Part shown: positions 1 through 9,215 of the stretch, in pieces | Position numbering within the stretch: position 1 is the stretch's first letter | Layout: each line of letters begins with the position of its first letter | Assembly: GCA_965208775.1 (NCBI GenBank) | Contig: OZ242360.1 | Span: 2,676,699 to 2,740,698 of the forward strand | Length of the DNA: 64,000 nt | Source of the DNA: Chloroflexota bacterium | GTDB lineage: Bacteria > Chloroflexota > UBA11872 > VXNJ01 | Direction of reading: 5' to 3' | The notes under the pieces: model-generated | The model's database searches: none | Seen by the model: only the letters and a program-made list of their open reading frames with translations | Told to the model about the DNA's origin: nothing | Made by a program: the position numbers and the translations under genes

Positions 1-63
1 CCCGTCTGCGGTGCCGAGGAGGCGACGTAGGAGCGAGCCGGGCGTCCATTTCAAGCTCGTGCA

Positions 64-156
64 ATGAGAGAGTCGGACATTATCCTCGTTTTGGCGATTT
101 TGGCGCTTGTCGTACTGATACTCGTCATCTTCCTGATGGTCGCGGAATGGCCTTAG
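64..156 (+). CDS. 30-aa single-pass membrane peptide (hypothetical)
   Basis: ATG at 64. Translation MRESDIILVLAILALVVLILVIFLMVAEWP is one hydrophobic helix. It overlaps the next ORF start by 10 nt. Below the ORF-track size cutoff. Confidence 0.25.
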   Translation: MRESDIILVLAILALVVLILVIFLMVAEWP

Positions 157-344
157 AGCGCGACACTCGAATAACGATCTACGTCACAGAGGAACAATAC
201 CGGCGCTATGTGGAGGCCGCCCGGCAAGAAGGTTTTGCATTAGGCGAATGGGTCCGGCAAGCCTGCCTAGACGCTGTAGTACGCCAGGCCTTGGACCAAC
301 AAGCCGCCAAGCAGCGAACGCGGCTCCGGGAGCTAGATCGTTGA
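147..344 (+). CDS. ribbon-helix-helix (CopG/Arc-like) small DNA-binding protein
   Basis: 65 aa. TRITIYVTEEQYRRYVEAARQEGFALGEWVRQACLD fits a beta-strand/helix/helix pattern. It lies 4 nt upstream of the next gene. Confidence 0.5.
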   Translation: MALERDTRITIYVTEEQYRRYVEAARQEGFALGEWVRQACLDAVVRQALDQQAAKQRTRLRELDR

Positions 345-348
345 CCAT

Positions 349-963
349 ATGAAGCGTCTTGTCGTTTCGGTCCTATCGGCGGTTGTTATGTGCGCAATCA
401 CTAGTCCGGTCGTCTTGGCCGATCACGACGCCGGAGACCCGGCATGGCGCTACCAAATCCTAATTGACTGTATGCCGATGTGGGACCCGCTAGACAAGCG
501 CACGGAAACTTGGAACGGCAAGAACCTACATAGTGAACCGGCAGAGATCGGGCTACTGTTCTGGGAGACCTGGGGGGCGCCCGCTGGCGAGACGGATTTA
601 GTATCTGGGATTCACGTACAACGTTGGCGCTGGGAATATGAGTGCACGCATCCGGCCCCACCGCCGACTCCAGGATCGGCGGGCACTTCATCTGGTAGCA
701 GCGGCGGCGGCAGTAGTGGAGGCACTGGAGGCGGCGCTAGCAATAGAGGCAGTGGCAGCAGCGGCGGCGGCGGTGGCGGCGGCGGCGGTAGCTCATCATC
801 CACGAAAGATCAGCGAGAGCCGTCCGTTCCAGAATCGGAACCGCCATCTAACCCAGATCCGAAACCGCAATCGAACCCAGACCCGGAACCGGAGACCGTC
901 CCAGAATCGGAACCACCGTCTATCCCGACGATAGAGCCGGGCTGTTTCCAAGACGGCCGTTGA
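349..963 (+). CDS. secreted low-complexity (Gly/Ser-rich then Pro/Glu-rich) protein
   Basis: N-terminal signal-like MKRLVVSVLSAVVMCAITSPVVLA. A long GSSGGG run is followed by repeated SEPPSNPDPKPQSNPDPEPE. Confidence 0.55.
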   Translation: MKRLVVSVLSAVVMCAITSPVVLADHDAGDPAWRYQILIDCMPMWDPLDKRTETWNGKNLHSEPAEIGLLFWETWGAPAGETDLVSGIHVQRWRWEYECTHPAPPPTPGSAGTSSGSSGGGSSGGTGGGASNRGSGSSGGGGGGGGGSSSSTKDQREPSVPESEPPSNPDPKPQSNPDPEPETVPESEPPSIPTIEPGCFQDGR

Positions 964-1315
964 ACATCCCGCTCAATCGGGCGATGCCACTTTGATTCGG
1001 CCGTCTACTGGGGTCAATGGCGGTCCTTGCCGTTATCCCGGTAGCCGTTGGCATATTGCTTGATTGGGCGCTAGGCGGCTTCCACGTAGTCGGCAAAGTA
1101 GAAACGCGCCTCCGCCGCAAGCCGAGGCACGTTCTGTGGTCTATAAGGAAGGTGATGTAGGGAGGCTCTGCCCGACCTTAGACACCCACGGTCGCTTGCT
1201 AGACCCAAGCGTTGCGGTTAGAGACCGCCGCCTTCCAACTCGCCTTGCCGGGCAACGGCCAATCCCGACGAACGGATTATGAATCGTCTCGTATCCCGCT
1301 ATGCAAGACGACCGC

Positions 1316-1516
1316 TTAGACGGCTGCTCCAGAGCAAGTCAGGCATTCTTTAACTTGCCCAAAGTGCTTCCGGGCTTCGACTAAGGCTGTAGCGCCTGAT
1401 CCAAAGCGGCCAAGATGCAACCGATTCCACATATCGGGCATGTGGAAGCATCCAGCCTTGTGGACTTCATGGTTTCCGCAGGACTGCGGATTCTTGTCTA
1501 CGTAGTAGCGCAACAT
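1316..1516 (-). CDS. small Cys/His-rich conserved hypothetical protein (66 aa)
   Basis: Start trimmed to MLRYYVDKNPQSCGNHEVHKAGCFHMPD, with a GGGGGA RBS 8 nt upstream. A clear paralogue sits at 41457..41657. Confidence 0.65.
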   Translation of the reverse strand: MLRYYVDKNPQSCGNHEVHKAGCFHMPDMWNRLHLGRFGSGATALVEARKHFGQVKECLTCSGAAV

Positions 1517-1738
1517 TGCTAGTTTCCCCCTTCGGAACGGCCCACAACGTCGTGAGACCTTACGCTCCAATTGTACCGAAGACTGGGGGCGCTAGAACAA
1601 GCCCAGTTGCCCAGTCTCGTCTTGGAGACCGTTCGTGGGGGCTTACATACTTGTGTACACCGCCAACCAGCGGGCGGCGGAAATGACTGCTGAAACGGTC
1701 TCGGCAGAGCTTCCCAATCCTACTGCTGCGATGCGCGG

Positions 1739-2218
1739 ATGCGGCGCATATACTTCGCGATTATCTTGGTCGTGGCCGGGCCTATGCTAGGCACCTGCTT
1801 CGCCAATTCGCTTGACTGCTGGCTACCGGCTGTCGGGTCGGGAATCATCGGCGTTTGCGTTCTTCTGAGAGTCGTCTCGACAGTGCAACAGTTTCGTCGT
1901 AACCGTAGACGCGAGTTACTTGGGCGGGCGGATAGGTTCGAGGAAGAGCGGGTGCGGGCCTTTGGGGCAGCGCAATTGCGGCAGTTTTGGGAATCGGAAA
2001 CAGGCCGTTGGGTTAGTCAGAATCCGTTCCTCGCCAACGAGTCGGTTCGTATCCTGCCCATCAATCAAGTGCATCGTCCGCGCATAACCTACGGGGTCCT
2101 AACGGAACCAATTGACGACGCGTACGTAGCCCAAGTTGAACTGGTACCCCCGAAGCACGTATCGCGCTGGCAGCAGTACGTTCGGACGGTCTCCAAATGG
2201 GTCTCATTCCTTCGGTGA
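1739..2218 (+). CDS. hypothetical membrane protein
   Basis: Two N-terminal hydrophobic helices (IYFAIILVVAGPMLGTCF, GSGIIGVCVLLRVV). No recognisable domain. Confidence 0.4.
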   Translation: MRRIYFAIILVVAGPMLGTCFANSLDCWLPAVGSGIIGVCVLLRVVSTVQQFRRNRRRELLGRADRFEEERVRAFGAAQLRQFWESETGRWVSQNPFLANESVRILPINQVHRPRITYGVLTEPIDDAYVAQVELVPPKHVSRWQQYVRTVSKWVSFLR

Positions 2219-3313
2219 CGACTTGACTCCCAATCCTAAGGCCGCATGTTGATAGACTCCCGCTGGCGCTCCCCTACAGGTAATCGGCAGATTCCCTTAG
2301 GGAGCGTCGCCTTATGAACCGGGATGCGTCGAACGACGCTCAGATTCGGGTCGATCTTCTACCCGCGCCGCGAGCGTTATGCGATACGTAGCTCGCCGCT
2401 CCGGACCTGTTTCTAATTATCGAATTCCCCTGCGAACGCGCTTCCACACCCCACTACCTAGATTGACGCCTAATGACCGCAGCCCGCCACTCGGCGGTCG
2501 GTCTTAGATCAGGCACAACAACGCGATCTCCATGCTAGGCCGCGACAGCCGGCCTCTGAGAGCCTGACTCTCCAGATCTCAAAAGTCCTCCCGGTCTATC
2601 TATAGGCCTCGATTGGGCAACGGAAGGTCGGGTATTCCAGGCTATGTGAGACGGCAACTGTGGAGCGGGATTGAGTGCTTCCAGAGCAAATATGCCGGAA
2701 CCTGCTGAGACTCACACTGATCTTATGCAAACGTGTCGCCATTCTCACGCCCATCTCATACACGACTTCTAGACTAAAACGTCACTGTCACGCCGAGGGG
2801 GAGGCGTCCGCTTGGCGTTCGTCCGGGGTTATCACTGACCGGCCCGTCCCTAACGGGAGTCGGACAAGGTTGTTGACCGGGATTGATCAGTATGCCAATC
2901 CGTTTGCCAGCGGCGGGACGGAGTCGGACACCCCTGGAGTTGCTATATCGCTCCGTGACCGGCTTCTTGAAGCGAGGGATGCCCCGGATTTCCCGCGAGC
3001 AGGCTCACGTTTTCCCTGGCCACCGGCTGCACCGGCTCCGGAAGCCGCCCGACCTGTCGCCGGAACCGGGTGGTCTTTCGATGCACCCAATCGATCGTCA
3101 AGCACGCCGGGCGCACATGCTTCACGGGCCTCCGGGATCAGGGAATTCAACCTGCCCGCTTCCGAATGGGCTTCGATCAGTGCGTCCCAGCGTTCCGAAG
3201 CCAACTCGCGCTTCCACTTCTGCAACCGGACATACTCGGGCTCGGGAAGGACGAGGATCGCCTCGGGCTGCTCGCGCTGGGCCGACGGCCTCCCGTTAGC
3301 CCTTCTCATGTAG

Positions 3314-4096
3314 ATGCGCACGGTCACCATTGGTCCGCTTCAGGCGCTCCACTGGCCGGCGACCAATCGCCAGGTCTGCCAGACGGTGCTGGCCATTCAC
3401 GGCGCATGGGTCGGTGCGCCTGTCTGGTACCAGGTCGGCCCGTATCTGGCGTCGCGCGGGTACGAGACTTATGCCGTCTGGCTGCGGCATCACCAGCCAG
3501 GCGCCGATCCCGGGCAACTTGCGGGTCTTGGCCTTGAGGACTACGCCAACGACATACGGGACGCGGTGAGTGACCTTGGCGCTCCCGTGCTTCTCGGCCA
3601 CAGCATGGGCGGATTGCTCGCGCAGATGGCCGCGATGCTGACCGACGTGTCCGGTTTGGCGTTGCTGGCCAGCGCCCCACCGTTTGGCATTCCGGTCATT
3701 CCCCGACTGTCGCTCATGTTGACCGGAATGCGCCACGCCTTCGGCGCGCCGTTTAGCTCCCGGCCCATGTACCCGTTTGCCGACGACGCCTTCCTGGGGC
3801 GGGTGAGTCCAGGCCAGCGCGCCGCCCTGACCGCCCATCGCGTACCTGAGCCGCGCCGACTGGCCAGGCAACTCACGTTCGCGGCGCCCGTCGTAAAGGC
3901 GTCCCACGTGCGCTGCCCGGTCTGGGTCGCCGGCGGGGCTGAGGATCCGGTCTTTCGCCCCTGGGTAACGCGCCGCATCGCGGCCCGCTATGGCGTGACA
4001 CCGACCATCTACTTCGGCGGTGGGCACATGCTGAACGTTGAGCCGGGCTGGTCGTCCGTCGCGAATGACCTGCTCCGCTGGGTGGAGAGGTTCTAG
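3314..4096 (+). CDS. alpha/beta-fold hydrolase
   Basis: 260 aa. Nucleophile elbow GHSMGG in VLLGHSMGGLLAQMAA, C-terminal GGGHM histidine region, typical length. Confidence 0.8.
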   Translation: MRTVTIGPLQALHWPATNRQVCQTVLAIHGAWVGAPVWYQVGPYLASRGYETYAVWLRHHQPGADPGQLAGLGLEDYANDIRDAVSDLGAPVLLGHSMGGLLAQMAAMLTDVSGLALLASAPPFGIPVIPRLSLMLTGMRHAFGAPFSSRPMYPFADDAFLGRVSPGQRAALTAHRVPEPRRLARQLTFAAPVVKASHVRCPVWVAGGAEDPVFRPWVTRRIAARYGVTPTIYFGGGHMLNVEPGWSSVANDLLRWVERF

Positions 4097-4392
4097 GCCC
4101 TGCCCCGAATCCGCCGGTACCGGCGCCGTCCCTGTTCGAGCGGGCGTTGGAACAGGAGCGGGAGCCAGTCGACGTGGGATGCTGGATCGCGAACATGAGG
4201 GAGAGGACACCTGAACCGGGAGTCCTCCCCCGCACGTCCATATATGCGGGCCTCTTTATTCCTCTTTTTCGACGGCGTACTAAGTAACGCAGTCGCAGGG
4301 TCTACGTCAAGGGTGGGGCGCTTCTTCGCCCCGTCGCTGCCCCTCACCTTCCTGTAGCCGAATGGGGGCTTTCGGCGTCCCGCCCTGCCCGA

Positions 4393-4590
4393 TCATCTCC
4401 CTGAACTGGGCCGGTCTGCGACTGGGCCGGGCTCGGCGTCCTCCCTGTACTCGCGGGCCACGGAGTAGCCGTTGGTCTTGTCGAAGTCTCTGTGCGCCCG
4501 CAACCGGGCGGACAAGGACAGGTCCACGTCCTGCCGGTCGCCGGACACCCTGGCGTACAGGGCCGCCGGCGTTAGCGGCTGCAGGTGCTT
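4393..4590 (-). pseudogene. serine recombinase (resolvase/invertase-type) N-terminal fragment
   Basis: AALYARVSGDRQDVDLSLSARLRAHRDFDKTNGYSVAREYREDAEPG..DRP matches the catalytic-Ser N-terminal domain (YxRVSxxxQ). The frame breaks after DRP, and the continuation QFREMI is in another frame. No C-terminal domain. Confidence 0.6.
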
Positions 4591-4725
4591 CTTCTTTATA
4601 CAGTCCTCCTGTATCTCAATGGGTTGACAATTTAACGTTGGCCACGCGTCCACTCTTCCCTAGCGTTGTCTTTCCGATGGAAATTGCGCAAGGCTTTGTC
4701 TGGGCGTGTGGAGATCGAGCGGCGG

Positions 4726-5166
4726 TTACCCTTTGCCTGCCCCACGCCACATTGCGTATCCGGTCGCTCCAAAGGTCAGCGGCAGGAGTATGTCAACCAC
4801 GGCCCATTTGACGAAGCCCTGATGATCGCCCACCTCCAGACCCAGAGCCAGTGAGGAGAGCCAACTGTGCAAGAGCAGCACGGTTACTCCGATGGTGGCG
4901 TAGAAGGCTATGTGGACCTCCCAGTATCTGCGGGTTGTTAGCTCATTGCCACCTGCCCCACCTTCCCGCAGCTTGCGGCGGATGTTGAAGCCCAAGGCGA
5001 TGACCGCTGCGACAACCATCAAGATGTCCAGGATGAACCAGACGTTCTCCGGGTCGTAGGACTCGGCGTGCAGCGGGTTGACGATGAAGTAGGCCGCCAC
5101 TGCGACCGATACTCCAATGAGGTAGAGCGCGCACAATCGTTGCAACATCTTTCCTCTCCCTTTCAT
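4726..5166 (-). CDS. integral membrane protein (4 TM), hypothetical
   Basis: Four hydrophobic segments. Paralogous to the 14465..14881 membrane gene (shared layout, e.g. ...HSWLSSLAL / ...HNWIRLLTL). Confidence 0.6.
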   Translation of the reverse strand: MKGRGKMLQRLCALYLIGVSVAVAAYFIVNPLHAESYDPENVWFILDILMVVAAVIALGFNIRRKLREGGAGGNELTTRRYWEVHIAFYATIGVTVLLLHSWLSSLALGLEVGDHQGFVKWAVVDILLPLTFGATGYAMWRGAGKG

Positions 5167-5439
5167 GAACTCTTTCCTTCAATCTCCTAGTGAATCTCTC
5201 TGCTCGGCATGGCGAGCGTGGGCCTCTCGTACCGGACGGCGCCGATCTACTTTGGCTTCATCCACGTCGTGCCCGCCCCTCTCTCGTCAGCGTTGGACAG
5301 GTTGAGCATCAACCTATGTGGCTCTTTTGCTTTTCAACCACTGCCGATAGGGGGTCTCATTCGGCGAACAGGTGGCCCAGGACCAGGTATCTGCGCCGCC
5401 GCCAGACGGCACAGTCCCACGTAGCGGAGATCCAGCGCC

Positions 5440-6573
5440 CTACTCAAACCAGCGGTCGGCAAACGTCTCCTGGTAGCGCCCAAGCTCGGCGTCGTTCAAA
5501 CAGCCAAAGAGCCGCAGGCCGTCGTTGGCAACGGCGACCAACTCCTCGACGGCCATTGAAGCCGGGTCGAAGTCAAAGGATTGGGCTATCCGCATGAACT
5601 CGGGGTAGTCCTTGCTGAACTGGATGATGCAAGCCGTCGATTCTTCCGACAGACCGCCCGTCAGCTTCGCGTAGGCGTTCGCGAACAGCCGGTTGTTGAT
5701 TTCCGGCCCGACACAGGCCACTCCCGCACCAATCCCCGGAATAGTAAGCGCAGCCGTCATCGACGGCGCTTCGCGCAGCAACTTCATCGATTCCTCAGGG
5801 ATGGCCGCTGACAGGCAAGCCAGCTCCTCTGCGTTAAGTACCTGCTCGATCAACTCCTCGCCCGTCGTGCCTTCGCTGTTTTCGAGCGAGTGGAGGGCGA
5901 AGTCGATCTTCTCCTGGTCTTCGAAGCACTCCCACATTTGCAGCGCGTAGACGTAGGCCGTGTCGATGCGTGCTTGAATCTCAGGCTCCGGCTCTCTTTC
6001 GAGTCCAAGCCAGACGTAGATGATCTCGGGATTCCCGGTGACGATCCCGCTAATGCAAGCGAGCGTCTCCCTCGCCCAGCCGCCTGCGTGGGCGTCCGCA
6101 ATCGCTACGCCAAGGACGGGAACGCTCTCAGCCGACAGGCAATTGAACAGCGCATTCATCAAGGCCCGGTCTATGACAGGGCGCTCGTACGGCGCGGCCA
6201 GCGGCGTGTTGAAAGACGAAGACAGAAAGCTGTCGCCCAAGTTCGCGCGGATGCAATCGGCTTCCGATTCACTCAGGCGGTCGACCAGGTCCTGGCCGGT
6301 GAGGGACGCGTTCAGGTCCAGCGTGCCCAACGCCTCAGGAGTAGGCGTAGGCACAACGGTGGCCGTCGGCACGGGCGTCAGCGTCGGCGTCGGCACGGGC
6401 GTCGGTGTAGGCACAGGCGTCGGTGTCGGCACAGGCGTCAGTGTCGGCACGGGCGTCGGACTCGGCATGGGAGTCGGACTCGGTACCGGCGTCGGACTCG
6501 GCTCCGGTGCGTCTTCGACACAGGCGGCCAGCACAAGGACGGCGGCGGCAACTGCTATTACTACAGCTTTCAC
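5440..6573 (-). CDS. lipoprotein with Thr/Pro tandem-repeat linker
   Basis: [18 protein letters not shown] lipobox, then about 60 aa of [11 protein letters not shown] repeats, then a Cys-containing globular domain. Confidence 0.7.
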   Translation of the reverse strand: MKAVVIAVAAAVLVLAACVEDAPEPSPTPVPSPTPMPSPTPVPTLTPVPTPTPVPTPTPVPTPTLTPVPTATVVPTPTPEALGTLDLNASLTGQDLVDRLSESEADCIRANLGDSFLSSSFNTPLAAPYERPVIDRALMNALFNCLSAESVPVLGVAIADAHAGGWARETLACISGIVTGNPEIIYVWLGLEREPEPEIQARIDTAYVYALQMWECFEDQEKIDFALHSLENSEGTTGEELIEQVLNAEELACLSAAIPEESMKLLREAPSMTAALTIPGIGAGVACVGPEINNRLFANAYAKLTGGLSEESTACIIQFSKDYPEFMRIAQSFDFDPASMAVEELVAVANDGLRLFGCLNDAELGRYQETFADRWFE

Positions 6574-6640
6574 GAAAACTCCTTTCTAGCTACCTTTGGC
6601 GGTATTTGCTAGCCTGCCAAGGCTAAGAGCTCGAAGCCTC

Positions 6641-9202
6641 CTAGTCCTTCAATTCCTCTACCACCGGGTCCCACCGTTCCCATCCCCTATCTGCATACCC
6701 CTGGGCCTCGGAGGAGGTCATGTCCGTAATGGCGTCAAAGGTCTTCAGCACCCGCATCCAGCGCAAGACGTGGTCGAAGCCCTGTTCCGTCTCCTGGGCA
6801 TAGCTCCTGACGTTGGCAACCACGGCTTGGTCGGGCTCGTATCCACCCGGCGCGTCTTCCAGCTTCTTCAGTTCCACCGCCACCGGGTCCCACCGTTCCC
6901 ATCCCCCATCTGCATAGCCTTGGGCCTCGGAGGAGGTCATGTCCGTTATGGCACCCAGGGTCTTCAGCACCCGCATCCAGCGCAAGACGTGGTCATACCC
7001 CTGTTGCGTCTCCCGGGCATAGTCCCAGACATCGTCAATCAGGTCCTGCCCGGACTTGTAGTCGTCCTGGGCCGCGGCCGGCGCGGCCGAAGGCCGTGCG
7101 GCGCGCTCGGCCCCGGGGGTGCCTTGCCCCTCTGCGTAAACGATGATCCCGCCATCGGTAAACGCCTCGACGGTGACCGCATAGGTCGTGCCGGTTTCTA
7201 GCCCCGTAAGCCGCGCCTCGAGAACGCCGCTCGCCATCGCAATCGTCTCGAAGAATCCGTTGGGGGTTGCTCTCACCCGGTAGTGGAAGGTGTCGCCCAG
7301 CGGGTTCCAAGAGACATCGAGGGCGCGGGGGTCGTCGGCAACGGTACTGATCACCAGCCCCGGGCCAGTCTGAGGAACCGGCGTCTCCTCCGGCTCATCG
7401 GCGGGTGGGGCAGCAGTAGAGAGCGCCGGGGTGTGGCGTATCTCCTCCCATTCGGCTTTGCCGGGGATGCTGCGGACCTGGACGAGGTAGTGGAGCCCCG
7501 GGTCGAAGTCGGCGATCCGAAACTCGCAGCCATCCTTGCCGCAGTCGCGCCCCTCAATCCATCGCTTCATGTGGTCGGGAGCGTCCGCCGCGGAGCTCGG
7601 CGGGCTCTCGCCGCCCACCCAGCGGAGCAGGTAGATCTGGCCGCGCCCCCGCTTCTTCTTCCGATTCCAGGTGACCAGCCCCTCGGCCGATACGGCCAGG
7701 GGGACGGCCATGGCCGGTTCAGGGGCGTCGTTGTCTATGAGTTTCAGCACCTGGGTGTCCGAGTGAGTTGCGCCGCCTATGGTCGCGCTGGCGGTGACCG
7801 TAAGATACTTTTCCGGCTCCTCGACATCGTCATCGCGGGGCGTGGCGGTCACGATGATGCCCGCCGACTTGGTTCCCGCCGTAATGCCGAAGGCTTGGAC
7901 ATGGAAGGACTCGAAGTCGTCTGCCGTCTCTCCCAGGTCGTAGGAGACGTTGACCTGCACGCGCTCGGTCTGCTCCTGGGCCAGGTCCACCCGCATCGAG
8001 AACTGCTGCCGCCCGCGCTCCTCGTAGATGCAGCACTGGTGGAACAGCGACAGGTCGAGGAGGAGAGACGCATCCCCGCCGCCGCTGTCCGGGGTGCTGC
8101 TGCCTGCGGCTCGCTCGACGGTGATAGAGAAGCTCAGGCTGGCCTTGTCCCCGTCGGCGTCGGTGGCTAGATAGGTGTAGTCGGTGGCGGCCTGGGTCCC
8201 CGTCGGGATTCCGGTGATCTTGCGCGTGGTTGAACTAAAGCTCAGGCCGGGGGGCAGCCTCCCCTCCAGCGAGTAGCTCAGCTCGCCGTCTCCCCCTGTT
8301 GCGGTCGGCAGGGTGTCGTCGACCACCCGGTTCTGCGTGTAGGTCTTGGCCGCGATCGCCTGCCCCCCGAATGAGGGCATCAGATCGGCCGCTGCCGTGA
8401 AGCGGTAGGCGAAGATCTTGTCGCTGCCCGGATCCGTGGCCCACCACGTGGTGCCATCAGCCCAGAGCCCGGCGAACTGCGTCTGGCCCGAGCTGGAGGC
8501 ATCCAGGTCGATGTCCTTGCTTGAGCTACGGCTGCGGGATGCCAGGTCGTAGGCATACAGCTTCTTGTCCGCACTGTCGAGGACCCACATCGTAGTTCTG
8601 TCGGACCATATCTCAAGGGCATCGCCGTTTGCCGCGGCCAGCGCGATGTCCTTGGTGTTGTCACGGGCAGGTCCCAGCCCCGCGTAGGCGAAGAGTTTGT
8701 TCTGGCCGCTGAAGCTCACCCACAGCGTGGTCCCATTCGACCAGATGCCTCGGGGAACAAATTCCACGTTGCCGAGTCCCAGGACGGTCTTGGTGTAGTC
8801 GTAGGCGCCGCTGACCAGTGTGTATGCGTAGAGCTTGTTGTCGGACGTGTTGGCCACCCAGATGGTGGTCCCGTCGGACCAGACACTCGTCGGCGAGTCG
8901 TTGCTGTCGTGAAGCGCGATGTCCTTGGCGCTGTCCCGCGTCCTGGTGGCGAGCGCGTAGGCGTAGAGCTTGCCGTCCGTGGGATCGACGACCCACATCG
9001 TGGTCTTGTTCGACCAGATTCCTGCGGGGTTCTCGTTCCCGGCGGCCTTGAGAGTGTCGAAGTCCTTGCCGCTGTCATGCGATCCTTGCCCCTGAGACAA
9101 GGCCTGATCGGGCGAGACGACGGCCAGCAGGGCAATGGCAATGCCCAGGACGGCAACGATCCACCTGAATCGAGCCTGGCGCAGGCGAGGTTGTGTTGAC
9201 AA
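6641..9202 (-). CDS. large secreted multidomain protein (propeller-like repeats, cadherin-like Ig, Calx-beta-like, FN3-like, duplicated C-terminal module)
   Basis: Signal/TM segment FRWIVAVLGIAIALLAVV. Five W(S/A)xxTTxWVxDxxxxKL(Y/F)AY repeats. LPTATGGDGELSYSLEG..LPPGLSF cadherin-like putative Ig motif. Two copies of a DHVLRWMRVLKT..ITDMTSSEAQGYAD.GWERWDPV module at the C-terminus. Confidence 0.8.
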   Translation of the reverse strand: MSTQPRLRQARFRWIVAVLGIAIALLAVVSPDQALSQGQGSHDSGKDFDTLKAAGNENPAGIWSNKTTMWVVDPTDGKLYAYALATRTRDSAKDIALHDSNDSPTSVWSDGTTIWVANTSDNKLYAYTLVSGAYDYTKTVLGLGNVEFVPRGIWSNGTTLWVSFSGQNKLFAYAGLGPARDNTKDIALAAANGDALEIWSDRTTMWVLDSADKKLYAYDLASRSRSSSKDIDLDASSSGQTQFAGLWADGTTWWATDPGSDKIFAYRFTAAADLMPSFGGQAIAAKTYTQNRVVDDTLPTATGGDGELSYSLEGRLPPGLSFSSTTRKITGIPTGTQAATDYTYLATDADGDKASLSFSITVERAAGSSTPDSGGGDASLLLDLSLFHQCCIYEERGRQQFSMRVDLAQEQTERVQVNVSYDLGETADDFESFHVQAFGITAGTKSAGIIVTATPRDDDVEEPEKYLTVTASATIGGATHSDTQVLKLIDNDAPEPAMAVPLAVSAEGLVTWNRKKKRGRGQIYLLRWVGGESPPSSAADAPDHMKRWIEGRDCGKDGCEFRIADFDPGLHYLVQVRSIPGKAEWEEIRHTPALSTAAPPADEPEETPVPQTGPGLVISTVADDPRALDVSWNPLGDTFHYRVRATPNGFFETIAMASGVLEARLTGLETGTTYAVTVEAFTDGGIIVYAEGQGTPGAERAARPSAAPAAAQDDYKSGQDLIDDVWDYARETQQGYDHVLRWMRVLKTLGAITDMTSSEAQGYADGGWERWDPVAVELKKLEDAPGGYEPDQAVVANVRSYAQETEQGFDHVLRWMRVLKTFDAITDMTSSEAQGYADRGWERWDPVVEELKD

Positions 9203-9215
9203 CGCTGCCCGACGG

